Assembly: GCA_963700635.1 (NCBI GenBank)
Contig: CAVOYH010000003.1
Location: forward strand, 1,600,001-1,664,000
Source: an uncultured Bacteroidota bacterium
GTDB taxonomy: Bacteria > Bacteroidota > Ignavibacteria > UBA10030 > UBA6906
DNA: 64,000 nt
Direction of reading: 5' to 3'
In this document: positions 1 to 9,890 of the stretch, one piece after another
Numbering within the stretch: position 1 is the stretch's first letter
How the letters are laid out: the number at the start of each line of letters is the position of its first letter
Notes under the pieces: model-generated
What the model was told of the DNA's origin: nothing
Seen by the model: only the letters and a program-made list of their open reading frames with translations
Database searches by the model: none
Translations under genes and position numbers: made by a program

Positions 1-182
1 AACCCGCGACCCACATGAGGGTAGAAGCGCTCGAGGTCGGCAACAGCTTCGCGCGCTTCGCTTTCAGCGAGCGATGTGACGATGATACGTCCCGGCTTTT
101 CTTCCATGAACTTCCGGCAGACTGCTGAGCCTACAAGGCCCCATCCACCGATGACAAGAACGGTTTTTCCGTGGATATCCAT
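1..182 (-). CDS. Partial Rossmann-fold (short-chain dehydrogenase-like) protein, runs off window edge
   Basis: Manual translation from ATG at 182: MDIHGKTVLVIGGWGLVGSAVCRKFMEE..., an N-terminal GGxGxxG dinucleotide-binding motif. Confidence 0.7.
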   Translation of the reverse strand, partial: MDIHGKTVLVIGGWGLVGSAVCRKFMEEKPGRIIVTSLAESEAREAVADLERFYPHVGRG

Positions 183-285
183 TGCGTGGTCTCATGAATG
201 AACGGAGAGAACGTCATTTGGATCAATGTACGCCAGGATGGCAGAAGAAGCAACCTGGCGGGATATGGTCGGGGTTGTCCGGCGG

Positions 286-1275
286 TCACGGGACCTGGAT
301 GCGTATCGCATGCACCCTGTCGGCCCAGCCGAGTTTCAAGAGGACGGAATTCCTCCCGGAAGACTCAAACCAGATGCGGAACGGGTCGACCGGGGTCCTG
401 GGGATGGAGCGTTCCATAGGCAGGCGGAGCACATCGAATTCCGGTTGATAGACGGGAGGAGCGCCTCCCCGGGCACTGCTGATGATAAGTGTGCATGAGT
501 GTTCGGAGGGGATGGTGTAGAGTGTGTAGACTCCCCGTCGGAGCCTGGTGCCACCGATCTTCACGTCACGACTGAGGTCGAGCGTCGTCGCGAAATTTGC
601 TCCGGTTCTCCAGACCGTATCGAAGGGGACGACAACACCCCAGATTGTTCTTCCGCGCATCCAGGGACGGCTGTAACGGACCGTCAGGCGCCGGCCGCCG
701 AACCGTATTGTCGAGGAATCCGGCGGGCTGAGCGGCCCGAGGTGCGCGACCTTTTCATATGGTGTCGTGACCATTGTCCGCTCCCACAAAAGCTTCATCA
801 CGCCCGTCGTCCGGCCGGTGGATTCCAGCACGACGGTGAAGGTGTCCACAGGGGAGGGAAGCATCCGGCTCTCAGCTTCGAACCGGGCAAGATCGAGTCG
901 CTCATCGTACTGGGTTCCCCATTGGCCGGTTTGCTTGTTCAGGATGATTTTCCAGCCGGTGCGTGAGGGGAGCGTCCAGAGCGTGTAGGTGCCCGCAGGG
1001 ACGGGGACCGAACCCAGCCGCATGTCGAAATCCGTCCTGAGGTGGGTTGCCTGATTTGCCCCGGTGCGCCAGACTCTGTTCCATGGTACGAGTTCTCCCA
1101 TAATGACGCGACCGCGCATCGAAGGGCGGCTGTAGGTCACGGCAATCGTGCTGGTGTCGAGTCGCAGTACGATCGAGTCGCGCGGGCTGAGGATCTTTCG
1201 ATCCTGGGCTGAGGAGGATACGAGGCCCCAGGATATCAGGGCGGTAAGAGCAAGGATCGGGAGGAGGTTCCGCAT
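286..1275 (-). CDS. Secreted protein with two tandem DUF2911 domains
   Basis: Signal peptide MRNLLPILAL...; motif YSRPxxRGRxIxGxxVP..VWRTGAN occurs twice. Confidence 0.85.
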   Translation of the reverse strand: MRNLLPILALTALISWGLVSSSAQDRKILSPRDSIVLRLDTSTIAVTYSRPSMRGRVIMGELVPWNRVWRTGANQATHLRTDFDMRLGSVPVPAGTYTLWTLPSRTGWKIILNKQTGQWGTQYDERLDLARFEAESRMLPSPVDTFTVVLESTGRTTGVMKLLWERTMVTTPYEKVAHLGPLSPPDSSTIRFGGRRLTVRYSRPWMRGRTIWGVVVPFDTVWRTGANFATTLDLSRDVKIGGTRLRRGVYTLYTIPSEHSCTLIISSARGGAPPVYQPEFDVLRLPMERSIPRTPVDPFRIWFESSGRNSVLLKLGWADRVHAIRIQVP

Positions 1276-1408
1276 GGTCGCGTTCCGTGGGAAGTTGGAG
1301 TTCGTCAACCGTTGTGCCGGCTCATGTCTCTCATTGTTCCCGCTCCCCTCCCCGGCGCATGCCGGAGAGGGAAGGAATGGGAGTAGTGTGGCCGGAGGGA
1401 GGCGAGGT

Positions 1409-1738
1409 CTAGGCTCGCTCGACGACCACCGCCGTACCATACGCCAGGACTTCAGTGACGCCGGACATCACTTCATTTGCGTCATACCGCATGCCGATAA
1501 CGGCATTGGCCCCGATCTCTCCAGCGTGCTGGACCATCAGCGCGAATGCATCCTGCCTGGTCTTTTCGCACAGCTCCTGGAGCAGCGAGATATTTCCGCC
1601 GAAGATCGTCTGAATGCCGGCGCCGAGGGTTCCGAAAATCGAACGGGATCGCACGGTGATTCCTCGCACGACACCGAGTGTTCGTACGATGCGATACCCG
1701 TCGAGCGTGAAGGCTGTGGTGATACTATGCTGGTCCAT
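1409..1738 (-). CDS. YbjQ/UPF0145 family protein
   Basis: 109 aa; GANAVIGMRYD...EVLAYGTAV family signature. Confidence 0.9.
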   Translation of the reverse strand: MDQHSITTAFTLDGYRIVRTLGVVRGITVRSRSIFGTLGAGIQTIFGGNISLLQELCEKTRQDAFALMVQHAGEIGANAVIGMRYDANEVMSGVTEVLAYGTAVVVERA

Positions 1739-1744
1739 GGTCGA

Positions 1745-2755
1745 CTACTTGAACTTGAGTGAGCTGAGAACCTTGTCGTATGCGGCAAGGTAGTCAGTGC
1801 GCTGCGGCCTGAACCAGTCGAAGGTCACACGATACACTTTGTCGTCTTTGACGACGAAAATGAATCGGCGTTCTACTTCGCGCGTGGGCGCGTACGTGAG
1901 GGTCATGGCGGGGATCCCACTAACCGTCGTCGTGCCGGTGGATGCACCGGAATATTTCCCTTTGTTCTGGTTGAACGCTTTCTCCAGCGTCAATCCTTTC
2001 GCACCAAACACGTGGAAAAGGATGGAGCAGTCCTGGCGGACACCGCGGAGACCGAGCGTCAGAACGTTGGATCCCTTTGGCACATTGACAAAATTGAAGT
2101 TGTCGGGATACTCGAATGTGAACATGCCGGCATCGTACGACGTGTAGCTGTCCGAGGGGAGTGTCTGGTCGCGGCCGGGCACCACTGGGCGCGGGAACGC
2201 AAAGCTTGCGACCATGGAATCGAAGATCGCGGCATGAGAGGCGTACAGGTCGCCAAATCCCGAGAACGACAAATCGTACAGGACAGTGTCGATGGGAACA
2301 TAGATGTGGTGTCCTGTTTCCCGTACCTTCGAACTGAAGTTTGCGGTATAGGGGACTTTGAAAGCCGGCTTGCCGCCGACCGTAGCCGGTGTTTCCTTGC
2401 CGACGATGCGGCCGGAATTTGCCAATTCCGCAATCAGTGTGGCCTTCTGCTCCTGAGGCTTCTCGGTCTTGAAGATGTCGACCGCGATCATGACACCGTC
2501 GGGATACTGGCCCAGAGGATCCAGGAACCTCTGCCCGGCCTCGTGAGAATTATATACACGTGGCCGGCCTGCATCACCCCCGGCGACCCAGCCCTGCGGG
2601 TACATGAAATGAAAGCGGTAGATCGGATCCCGGTACTCCTGCATTTGACCGACGGGCAGAGGAACAACCTGCTTCTCCCCGCCGCAGCCCATCATGAACA
2701 GGCCGACAAGCAGCACCCCGATCGACAGCCCAAGGGTTCTACAGACGTTCTTCAT
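1745..2755 (-). CDS. Lipoprotein with two PsbP/Mog1-like domains
   Basis: Hydrophobic signal ending MMGC (lipobox); repeated FxFxYPxxW/F and TVxGxPA motifs. Confidence 0.65.
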   Translation of the reverse strand: MKNVCRTLGLSIGVLLVGLFMMGCGGEKQVVPLPVGQMQEYRDPIYRFHFMYPQGWVAGGDAGRPRVYNSHEAGQRFLDPLGQYPDGVMIAVDIFKTEKPQEQKATLIAELANSGRIVGKETPATVGGKPAFKVPYTANFSSKVRETGHHIYVPIDTVLYDLSFSGFGDLYASHAAIFDSMVASFAFPRPVVPGRDQTLPSDSYTSYDAGMFTFEYPDNFNFVNVPKGSNVLTLGLRGVRQDCSILFHVFGAKGLTLEKAFNQNKGKYSGASTGTTTVSGIPAMTLTYAPTREVERRFIFVVKDDKVYRVTFDWFRPQRTDYLAAYDKVLSSLKFK

Positions 2756-2925
2756 GGTTCTCCCTTCCTCTATGAGTAGTTACGAGACTAAGCAACATGG
2801 ATGCGCACGTTATGGTCTGGCGAGATGAACACGCAAAGATAGGGAAAAAGGGTGAATTCATCAACCGCGTTGTTTCTCAAATCAGCGATGACTATCTTAG
2901 ACCATACTTCCCGCCCCTCGGAGGT

Positions 2926-5371
2926 TTGATTCTGCGAATTCTGCTTCTTTTTGCACTCCTGTGGTGTACGGTGCCCGCTGCAGCCGTTGCGGGCGATAAT
3001 CCCCGCACAGTGACAGCAATCCGCGTTTCCACGGTTCCCGTGATCGATGGCCTGCTTACGGAACCGGCATGGGCAACAGCAACGCCTGCCACAGACTTCA
3101 TCCAACGCGATCCTGACGACGGCCGACCGGCCACGGAGGCGACGGAGATCCGCGTCCTGTACGATGCCAACGCCCTGTATTTCGGGTGCGTCTATCATGA
3201 CAGCCAGCCTTCGGGGATCGTCAGGCGGCTTGCCCGGCGCGATGACGAATCGGAAGCGGACATCGGATCTATCCGGATCGATTCCTTTCACGATGCGCGA
3301 ACCGCGTACGAGTTTACCTTCAACGTGTCCGGCGTCAAAGTGGATATCATCCAGTACGACGACGGTGAACGGGAGGACGCGTCCTGGGACGTCGTCTGGG
3401 ACGTGCACACCCGCATCACCCCGGAGGGATGGATCGCCGAAGTCCTGATCCCGTTTTCCGTCCTCCGTTATCACGCGAGCGAGAGCGATAGCGCAGAACA
3501 GGTGTGGGGGATCAACTTCACACGCTACATTTCCCGGAAACGAGAATCTCTCCGATGGGCCCATGTTCCGAAAAGCGAAAGCGGTTTCGTATCCCGGTTC
3601 GGGCATCTTCGCGGACTGCGCAATCTTCCCTCCCCGCACCGTATCGAGGTCCTTCCATTCGGGTTGATGCGACAGGCGTGGACGCCGGGGACCGACATCA
3701 TGGACCGACGGTCCACGTTCACGTTCGCCGGCGGCGTTGACTCTGAAGATCGGACTCGGGAACAGCCTGATTCTCGATGCCACCATCAATCCGGACTTCG
3801 GCCAGGTGGAAGCGGATCCAGCGGTCCTCAATCTCTCGACATTCGAGACCTTCTATCCGGAACGGCGCCCCTTCTTCGTCGAAGGGATGCAGATCCTCCG
3901 CTTTCCGACGTTTGGTGGCGATGGAGCAGGCCCGGGCATGTTCTATTCCCGACGCATCGGGAGAGGCATCGGTCCGGATGAGGTCGACATCAGCGATGAA
4001 GAGCGCGTGGAATCTCTTCCGCAACACGCGACGATTCTGGGAGCGGCAAAACTCTCGGGCCGGATATCCCGGGGCCTGTCCATCGGTGTCCTGGAAGCGG
4101 TGACGCGAAGGGAACATTCGTCCGTGAGGAGTGCAACCGGTGATGTGCGTGACCTTCCTCTGGATCCCGCGATTCACTACAACGTCCTGAGGGCACGACA
4201 GGACGTGCTGGAAGGGTCGTATGTCGGAGGTATCTTCACCTCGGTTGCGCGCGAGCGAAAGGCGCCTGCGTTGACGGCCGGGCTGGACTGGGATCTCCGC
4301 CTTGCTGACGCAACGCATCGTCTCGACGGGTTTCTTGCATTTACCCGGACAACGGATCCAGACCGGCAACGGGTCGACGGAGGTGCCGGCAGGATGCAGC
4401 TTGCCCGTGTAGCTGCAGTGCACTGGCTCTGGTCGGCGAGCGTTGACTTCACCACGCCCCGGTATGACATCAATGACGTCGGTTTCTTCCGGCGGCCCAA
4501 TGACTACGGGGGTTTTGCAACTCTTACATACAAGGAAGATGTGCCGGCGGCGGTGGTGCGTAGCTATCATTTCAGGACGAGCATGCACGAACGATGGAAT
4601 TTCGACAGGGCAAATCTGAACCGGAACCTCGAACTTGACACGAAAGTGGTCTTCACGAATTACTGGGAGGTTGACGCCAGCGGTGGGGTTGATCTCGGGC
4701 GGTACGATGACCGGGAGACACGCGGAAACGGTCTGTATCAGAAACCGACCAGCGGAAGGTTCTCTGTGGAGGTGGAGACCGATGACCGGGACGTGGTCGC
4801 GCTGGGTCTACAGCAGCGGTGGGGATGGGACGAGCGGGCGATGCATCGCTATGCCATTGAAGCAAAAGTCGAATACCGGCCTGTCTCCTGGATGGCCTGG
4901 AGTATGGAAACCGAATTCGAGAGGGTGCGGCGTCAGGAAGCGTGGGTGGAAAACGTCTCCATCGGGGACAGAAGCATCAGCCTTTTCGGGGATCGTAGCA
5001 CCGACCTGGCGAGCTTCACGTTGCGAGGCGAGGTGACGTTCACGCGCGATCTGACACTCCAGCTGTACGGGCAGGTGTTTGTTGCCAAGGGGCGCTACGC
5101 CTCATTTCGCGCAATGGATGCTCCAGGCGTCTTCCATCCGTGGGATGGTGCACTCCCCCAAAGGGATTTCCGCGAACACGAGCTGCATACCAATGTCGTG
5201 CTACGGTGGGAATACGTTCCGGGGAGTACGCTCTACCTGGTCTGGTCCCAGGTGAGGGAGGGGAGCGACGGCACCATCTTTCGCACGATCCAGGACGATC
5301 TCGGTGCCGTTTTTCGAACCCCTCCCTCCCATGTTCTGCTGCTGAAAGTGTCATACTGGTGGAACCTGTAA
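2926..5371 (+). CDS. CBM9-like / DUF5916 domain outer-membrane-associated protein (frameshift near 3742)
   Basis: TTG start after GGAGG-like site; PVIDGLLTEPAW, DFIQRDP; DATINPDFGQVEAD..NLSTFETFYPERRPFF; C-terminal LLKVSYWWNL; ORFs 2797..3981 and 3737..5371 join if one base near 3742 is removed (GGVD-LKIG). Confidence 0.8.
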
Positions 5372-5406
5372 GAGTCGTCGCACCAGGACGGAATCCGCTC
5401 GGACGT

Positions 5407-6408
5407 TCAGGTCGTAATGGCCCGCAGCTCTTCGCGTAGTTTGGTGCGGATCGTGTTCATTTCCTTCCGGATCCTTTCTCCCAGGCCCCGCAGCTGTTCC
5501 TGGAATTCCTTCATGTGTCCCTGTTTCTGGAATTCTTTCATCTGCAGCTCCATTCGATTCTTGTCGATCCGAAAGTGGTGCGCGTCGTCGTCACCGTGCT
5601 TCTGGTACCAGCGCAAGTCGAAGTTGTGCGGGACGGACGTTTCATCGATTTCCAGGCGCAGCGTCAGACGGGTTCCCTTGCGGAGCACGTCGACCGCCGC
5701 TGTATCCCCCTCTTCAACATCCTCGAGGGCTTCCCACACGTCGTCGACATCTTCGATATCTTCCTTCCCGATCCGCAGGATGACATCACCGGCCTTGAAG
5801 CCCGCTTCTTTTGCGGCGCTCCGTTTTCCCACTTCTTCGACAAGCACGCCCCTGCCGTCCGGTGCATTGAAATATTCCCCGAGCTGGCGGTTGAGTGTGA
5901 GCAACTGGAGTCCGTGCGACATCCCACCCACGTACGCACGCATGTGGAACCGCGGAAGGCTCGGCAGGTCAGGGATCATGATAGCTTCGGGGCTGCGGGA
6001 CCTTTCGAGTGTAACGCGCAGAGCGACCTTCTTGTCCTTGCGCATAACGGTCACGGTGGCAGCTGATCCGGGTTTGGATGCGCGGACGGCGTCCAGAAGA
6101 TCGCCGGATTCCTCAATGGGCTTGCCGTTGAACTCCACGATGATATCGTCTTTGCTAATCCCGGCCTTTTCGGCGGGGCTGTCGTCGACGACCTCCGTGA
6201 CCAGTGCGCCGGTTTTTGTCGAGACGTTCATCTCCCGCGCGAGGGAGGGACGCATGTCACGGATGGCAACGCCCAGCCATCCCTTCGTGTCGTTCTCGAC
6301 CACCCTGACACGCTGTTGGGGTTCGGACGGGGCTTCCGCGAGTCTGGCCGAGCTGCCATTGAACACGAGGGGTGCCAGCAGTGCCACAACGAGTCCCTGC
6401 AGGTACAT
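5407..6408 (-). CDS. Secreted tandem-PDZ protein (HtrA-like PDZ domains, no protease domain)
   Basis: Signal peptide; GWLGV..GALVTEVVDDSPAEKAGI..DIIVEFNG and GVLVEEV..SAAKEAGFKAGDVI; coiled-coil-like C-terminus. Confidence 0.85.
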   Translation of the reverse strand: MYLQGLVVALLAPLVFNGSSARLAEAPSEPQQRVRVVENDTKGWLGVAIRDMRPSLAREMNVSTKTGALVTEVVDDSPAEKAGISKDDIIVEFNGKPIEESGDLLDAVRASKPGSAATVTVMRKDKKVALRVTLERSRSPEAIMIPDLPSLPRFHMRAYVGGMSHGLQLLTLNRQLGEYFNAPDGRGVLVEEVGKRSAAKEAGFKAGDVILRIGKEDIEDVDDVWEALEDVEEGDTAAVDVLRKGTRLTLRLEIDETSVPHNFDLRWYQKHGDDDAHHFRIDKNRMELQMKEFQKQGHMKEFQEQLRGLGERIRKEMNTIRTKLREELRAITT

Positions 6409-6445
6409 GATCTGTTCCTTCTGATGTGAGTGTCGTCTTCTGGGT

Positions 6446-6476
6446 ATTGGACACAGGCTTCTGACGATCGGTTGAC
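6446..6476 (-). promoter_or_regulatory. Putative ECF sigma promoter GTCAACC-N15-GTGTCCAAT upstream of the PDZ gene
   Basis: Same motif and spacing recur upstream of the ECF sigma gene (9025-9055). Confidence 0.7.
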
Positions 6477-6487
6477 CTCGGGTTGAA

Positions 6488-7654
6488 CTATTCTCCCTTC
6501 AGGAGTCTGATCAAAGCCGCGCGCGCGCGGTCGCTTCCGATGGCGCCGAGATAGAAGACCGCACTGCTCCGGATCTCCTCTCTGGGGTGAGAACGGGCAA
6601 GCTGGACGAGAAAGTCCGTTGCATGGGTGTCGCCGACACTGGCGATGGCATACAGCGTTGTCCCGAGCGGCGCATCGCGCGACTCTCCCGCGGCATCGAA
6701 CCGGCGGAAGAGCGTGACCAGCCGCTCCACTGCCCGCGGTTTGTCCGGAACGGACCGCGCATACACTTCGATGGCGGTGCTCTGGATGTCCCGGTCGGCG
6801 TCGTCCGCGGCCACGTCGAGAAGGACTGCGCCGTTGTCCTCTCGTGTGAACTTGCCGAGTTTCATGATTGCGGCCTGGCGCAGGAGGGCAGGCTGCTGCT
6901 TGTCCAGGGCAACCTCCCGCAGGGTGCGGTACATCTGAGCGGAGCCTGCGCGTTCGGCGAGCATCTGCAACGCTTCAATCCGCACACGCACCTGGGGGTC
7001 GACTGGAGGGACGAGCTCCGGTGTGATGTGCAGAGGCGGGACCGGTACACGGACGAAGAGCGTATCTCCGTCGTAGAAGGTCATGACATGCTGCTGCATG
7101 GTCTTGTTCGATATTTCCCGCTGTCGATCAAATTCCCTGCGCAACCGCTGGAGTTCTTCAGAGACGATGACCAGCCGATCACCATCCGGTGGATGTGGCA
7201 CGCGGATACGCACGCGGGCTACTCTCAATTCGACCTCCATGAGTTTGAGGTCGGAGACAGCGTCGCTGACGTACGGACTCGCCGGATAGGTTCGCAGGAG
7301 CTTTCTGTACAATGTCGCCGCTTTCTCCCTGTCGGACGATTTCCATGAGAAGGCGGTCCAGTACGCCGCGTCGTCGGCAAACGGGCTTTCCGGGAAGCGT
7401 TGTTCCAGCTCGGCAAAAGCCCTGCGCGCCTGCTCCCATGCCTCGGCGAGCACGGCGCTATAGCCCTCCCGGTATAGAGTGAATGCCGGGTCATCCGGTC
7501 CGGTGGGTTGCGGCAGAAAGGCGACGGGAGATGCTGCCGCCGCACGCGCCTCCTGTCCCGCCATGAATGGCGGGAACGCGGCAGCGGCGAGCATCACCCC
7601 GCAGAGCAGGCATCCCCACCATGATGCCACGCGTCCGTTATCGGTCATCTGCAT
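6488..7654 (-). CDS. Secreted TPR (BamD/YfiO-like) plus HEAT-repeat protein
   Basis: AFAELEQRFPESPFADDAAYW TPR motif; HEAT-like IRSSAVFYLGAIGSDRARAAL. Confidence 0.75.
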   Translation of the reverse strand: MQMTDNGRVASWWGCLLCGVMLAAAAFPPFMAGQEARAAAASPVAFLPQPTGPDDPAFTLYREGYSAVLAEAWEQARRAFAELEQRFPESPFADDAAYWTAFSWKSSDREKAATLYRKLLRTYPASPYVSDAVSDLKLMEVELRVARVRIRVPHPPDGDRLVIVSEELQRLRREFDRQREISNKTMQQHVMTFYDGDTLFVRVPVPPLHITPELVPPVDPQVRVRIEALQMLAERAGSAQMYRTLREVALDKQQPALLRQAAIMKLGKFTREDNGAVLLDVAADDADRDIQSTAIEVYARSVPDKPRAVERLVTLFRRFDAAGESRDAPLGTTLYAIASVGDTHATDFLVQLARSHPREEIRSSAVFYLGAIGSDRARAALIRLLKGE

Positions 7655-8441
7655 ATCGCACCTGTTTGTTCACACTCTCTGCAATGCGTAGTCTGAAAAG
7701 AAGATTCTCGCGCTCTATCCCCTCCCGAACGAGCGCCAGGTTCGTGGACGGGACGTGCTCATCGGCGTTGGCCAATTCAATCAGGACCTTCTGCATGTCG
7801 TCGATCAGCCGCACCGAGCGGTCGTCGTAAAACCGCTGCTTGAGAAAACGTGATTCACTTACGAGCTCCCGGGATGCCCGGCGCTCAATGGAAAAATCCA
7901 CTGGAATATCATCCCGGACCGGGAGGTGTGTGACGCCCGTAAGAAGGATCCGGGATTTCTGCAAATACTGCTGGAGGCGGAGATCCGGGGATGCCCCGGC
8001 GGTCTGTACGGTGTCCTGGCGTTCGGCCTGCGTTTCTGCCAGTTGTGAGGGAGCGTCGTGACGGAGTACCTGCCAAGTGATGAGAGCGCTGACGGCAACC
8101 AGAACGAGAGACGCAAATCCGAGGACCAGGCGCCGCCCCGGCGCATGTCTCGCGCGGAGCCACGCTTCCAGGCGGCCCGACGGCGGCACCGATGCCGGAT
8201 GCGGGGTGATGCGGTGCTCGACCTCCTGCAGCACTTCCAACCAGAATGCCCGGGGGAGGGTGGATGCGGGGTCGGTGTCCGTTGCCGGAAGAATCTGGAG
8301 TGTGTCGCGTACCGCGTCGCATGCCGCGCGGCATTGGATACACCTCTCGAGATGGTCGGAAAGGCGCTGTGATTCCTCCGCGGAAAGCTCTCCGCGCAGG
8401 TACTCGTACAGCTGGTTGCAGATATCGGCATGGACGCTCAT
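7638..8441 (-). CDS. zf-HC2 membrane anti-sigma factor
   Basis: C..LYEYLRGEL...HLERCIQC (HxxxCxxC), one TM helix, overlaps the sigma stop codon. Confidence 0.85.
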   Translation of the reverse strand: MSVHADICNQLYEYLRGELSAEESQRLSDHLERCIQCRAACDAVRDTLQILPATDTDPASTLPRAFWLEVLQEVEHRITPHPASVPPSGRLEAWLRARHAPGRRLVLGFASLVLVAVSALITWQVLRHDAPSQLAETQAERQDTVQTAGASPDLRLQQYLQKSRILLTGVTHLPVRDDIPVDFSIERRASRELVSESRFLKQRFYDDRSVRLIDDMQKVLIELANADEHVPSTNLALVREGIERENLLFRLRIAESVNKQVRYADDR

Positions 8442-8993
8442 CGTGTGTCCTCCTGGAGAAACTGCACTGAATGTCGCAGTTTCTTCAGACCACGGAACAG
8501 GTGTGTCTTGACCGTTCCCTCGGAACATCGGAGAATCGCGCTGACCTGTTTCGTGGAGAGCCCTTCCAGATGTCGCAGAATCACCACGGCCCGCTGGAGC
8601 GTGGGGAGTTCATGAAGTGCACGTTCCAGGTGTTCGCGCACATCCCGGGTGTGGAACGCCGCTTCGTGGTTGTCTCCGGGTTCGGCGATGTCAACGGCAG
8701 TGAACCTCACGCCGTGACCGCACTGTGCTTTGCCGGACGTGGTTGAGGGAGAGATTCATCACGATGCGGTGCAACCAGGTTCCGAATTCCGCCTCGCCCC
8801 GGAACGACGGTAGCGCGACATAGGCACGCACCAGAGCATCCTGGAGAACATCACGCGCATCTTCGCGGTTGCGTACGAAGCCGAACGCGACATTGTAGGC
8901 CTGCTTCATGTGCTGTTCCACCAGCCGGCGATAGGCATCACGATTCCCTTCCTGCGCCTGACGGATCAAAAGCTGCTCATCCGCAACGGGCAT
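8438..8993 (-). CDS. ECF RNA polymerase sigma factor (frameshift near 8708)
   Basis: Region 2 DARDVLQDALVRAY..FRGEAEFGTWLHRI and region 4 LP..QRAVVILRHLEGLS..SEGTVKTHLFRG lie in two overlapping frames. Confidence 0.85.
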
Positions 8994-9024
8994 GCGGGGG
9001 CTTCCTGGATCTGTGGTTCTGGTC

Positions 9025-9055
9025 ATTGGACACGGAACCGGGGAGGTTGGTTGAC
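9025..9055 (-). promoter_or_regulatory. Putative autoregulatory ECF promoter GTCAACC-N15-GTGTCCAAT
   Basis: Identical boxes and spacing to 6446-6476; AAC in -35 and GTC in -10 are typical of ECF promoters. Confidence 0.7.
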
Positions 9056-9160
9056 AGACGGGTGCCTTGTGAGACGGACGGTATCCGCCCCAGCCGCTTA
9101 TTCATGAAGACGGGTCGAATGCGGGGAAAGTTGCAGGAATACGATAGTCCAGGGGAGGAG

Positions 9161-9862
9161 CTATTGAAACTTGAACTCCCGGGCGTTCCCGTAGATCGGG
9201 ATGTACAACTCCGGCTGCCGGGGGTTGGAGGTATTCAGGAACATCCCGTCGGCGATGATGGGATTCGCCCTCCGGGGTGTGAATTCCGCGATCACGTCCG
9301 CACTGTCTCCCGGAGCGATCGGCTCACCCGGCAATGTCACCGTGAAGCCCGCAAGCTGGCAGCGCCAGCCTGTCAGGCGCAGGGGGACGTTGCTGTTGTT
9401 CTTCACATTCAGGGGGAGTTTTGTTGGGCTTCCCATGGTGGCATCGCGAAACCAGAGGTGGGCGGGAGCCAGGCGGATCTCATCGATCACAATTGCGGCG
9501 AACCGGATGACCAGCCTCGGTTCATTGGCCGCGTTGGAATTTACGGTCACGGTTTTCTCCACGTGCCCGGTGAAGTTGCGCGAGTTGAACGAAATGGCCA
9601 GGGCCGTGCTCTCTCCGGGTTTGATCTCCTGGGTGGCAACAATAGTCCCCGTGCATCCGCACGAGGCTTCAATCCCCTTCAGAACCAAAGGACGCGTTCC
9701 GGAATTCCTGATGGTCACCGTGTGGTCGACCACCGTTCCACGGAAGATCGAGCCAAAGTCGAACACTTTCCCTTCTTTGATGTTGATGGTCGGCTGCGCG
9801 TGGGCTGATCCAAGTGTCGCGAGTGTGAGGGAGAATGCCAGAGTGATGGTACGGGTGTTCAT
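9161..9862 (-). CDS. DUF1573 (Ig-like) secreted protein
   Basis: Signal peptide; FDFGSI..IRNSGTRPLV...ASCGCT signature. Confidence 0.85.
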   Translation of the reverse strand: MNTRTITLAFSLTLATLGSAHAQPTINIKEGKVFDFGSIFRGTVVDHTVTIRNSGTRPLVLKGIEASCGCTGTIVATQEIKPGESTALAISFNSRNFTGHVEKTVTVNSNAANEPRLVIRFAAIVIDEIRLAPAHLWFRDATMGSPTKLPLNVKNNSNVPLRLTGWRCQLAGFTVTLPGEPIAPGDSADVIAEFTPRRANPIIADGMFLNTSNPRQPELYIPIYGNAREFKFQ

Positions 9863-9890
9863 GAATTGCCTCGTACGAAAGAACGAAGAG

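Noticed and set aside
1303-1330. Third copy of the ECF motif (GTCAACC...TGTCTC)
   Set aside because: Spacing and -10 differ, and it faces antisense to the local genes.
5417-6424. Long antisense ORFs (also 9201..9914, 22491..23972, 51375..52814, 55256..56539)
   Set aside because: Shadow ORFs opposite well-supported genes, expected from GC-rich codon bias.
8691-8715. Phase-variable or split ECF sigma factor
   Set aside because: No homopolymer or repeat tract at the break; a single extra base matches the error pattern elsewhere in the window.
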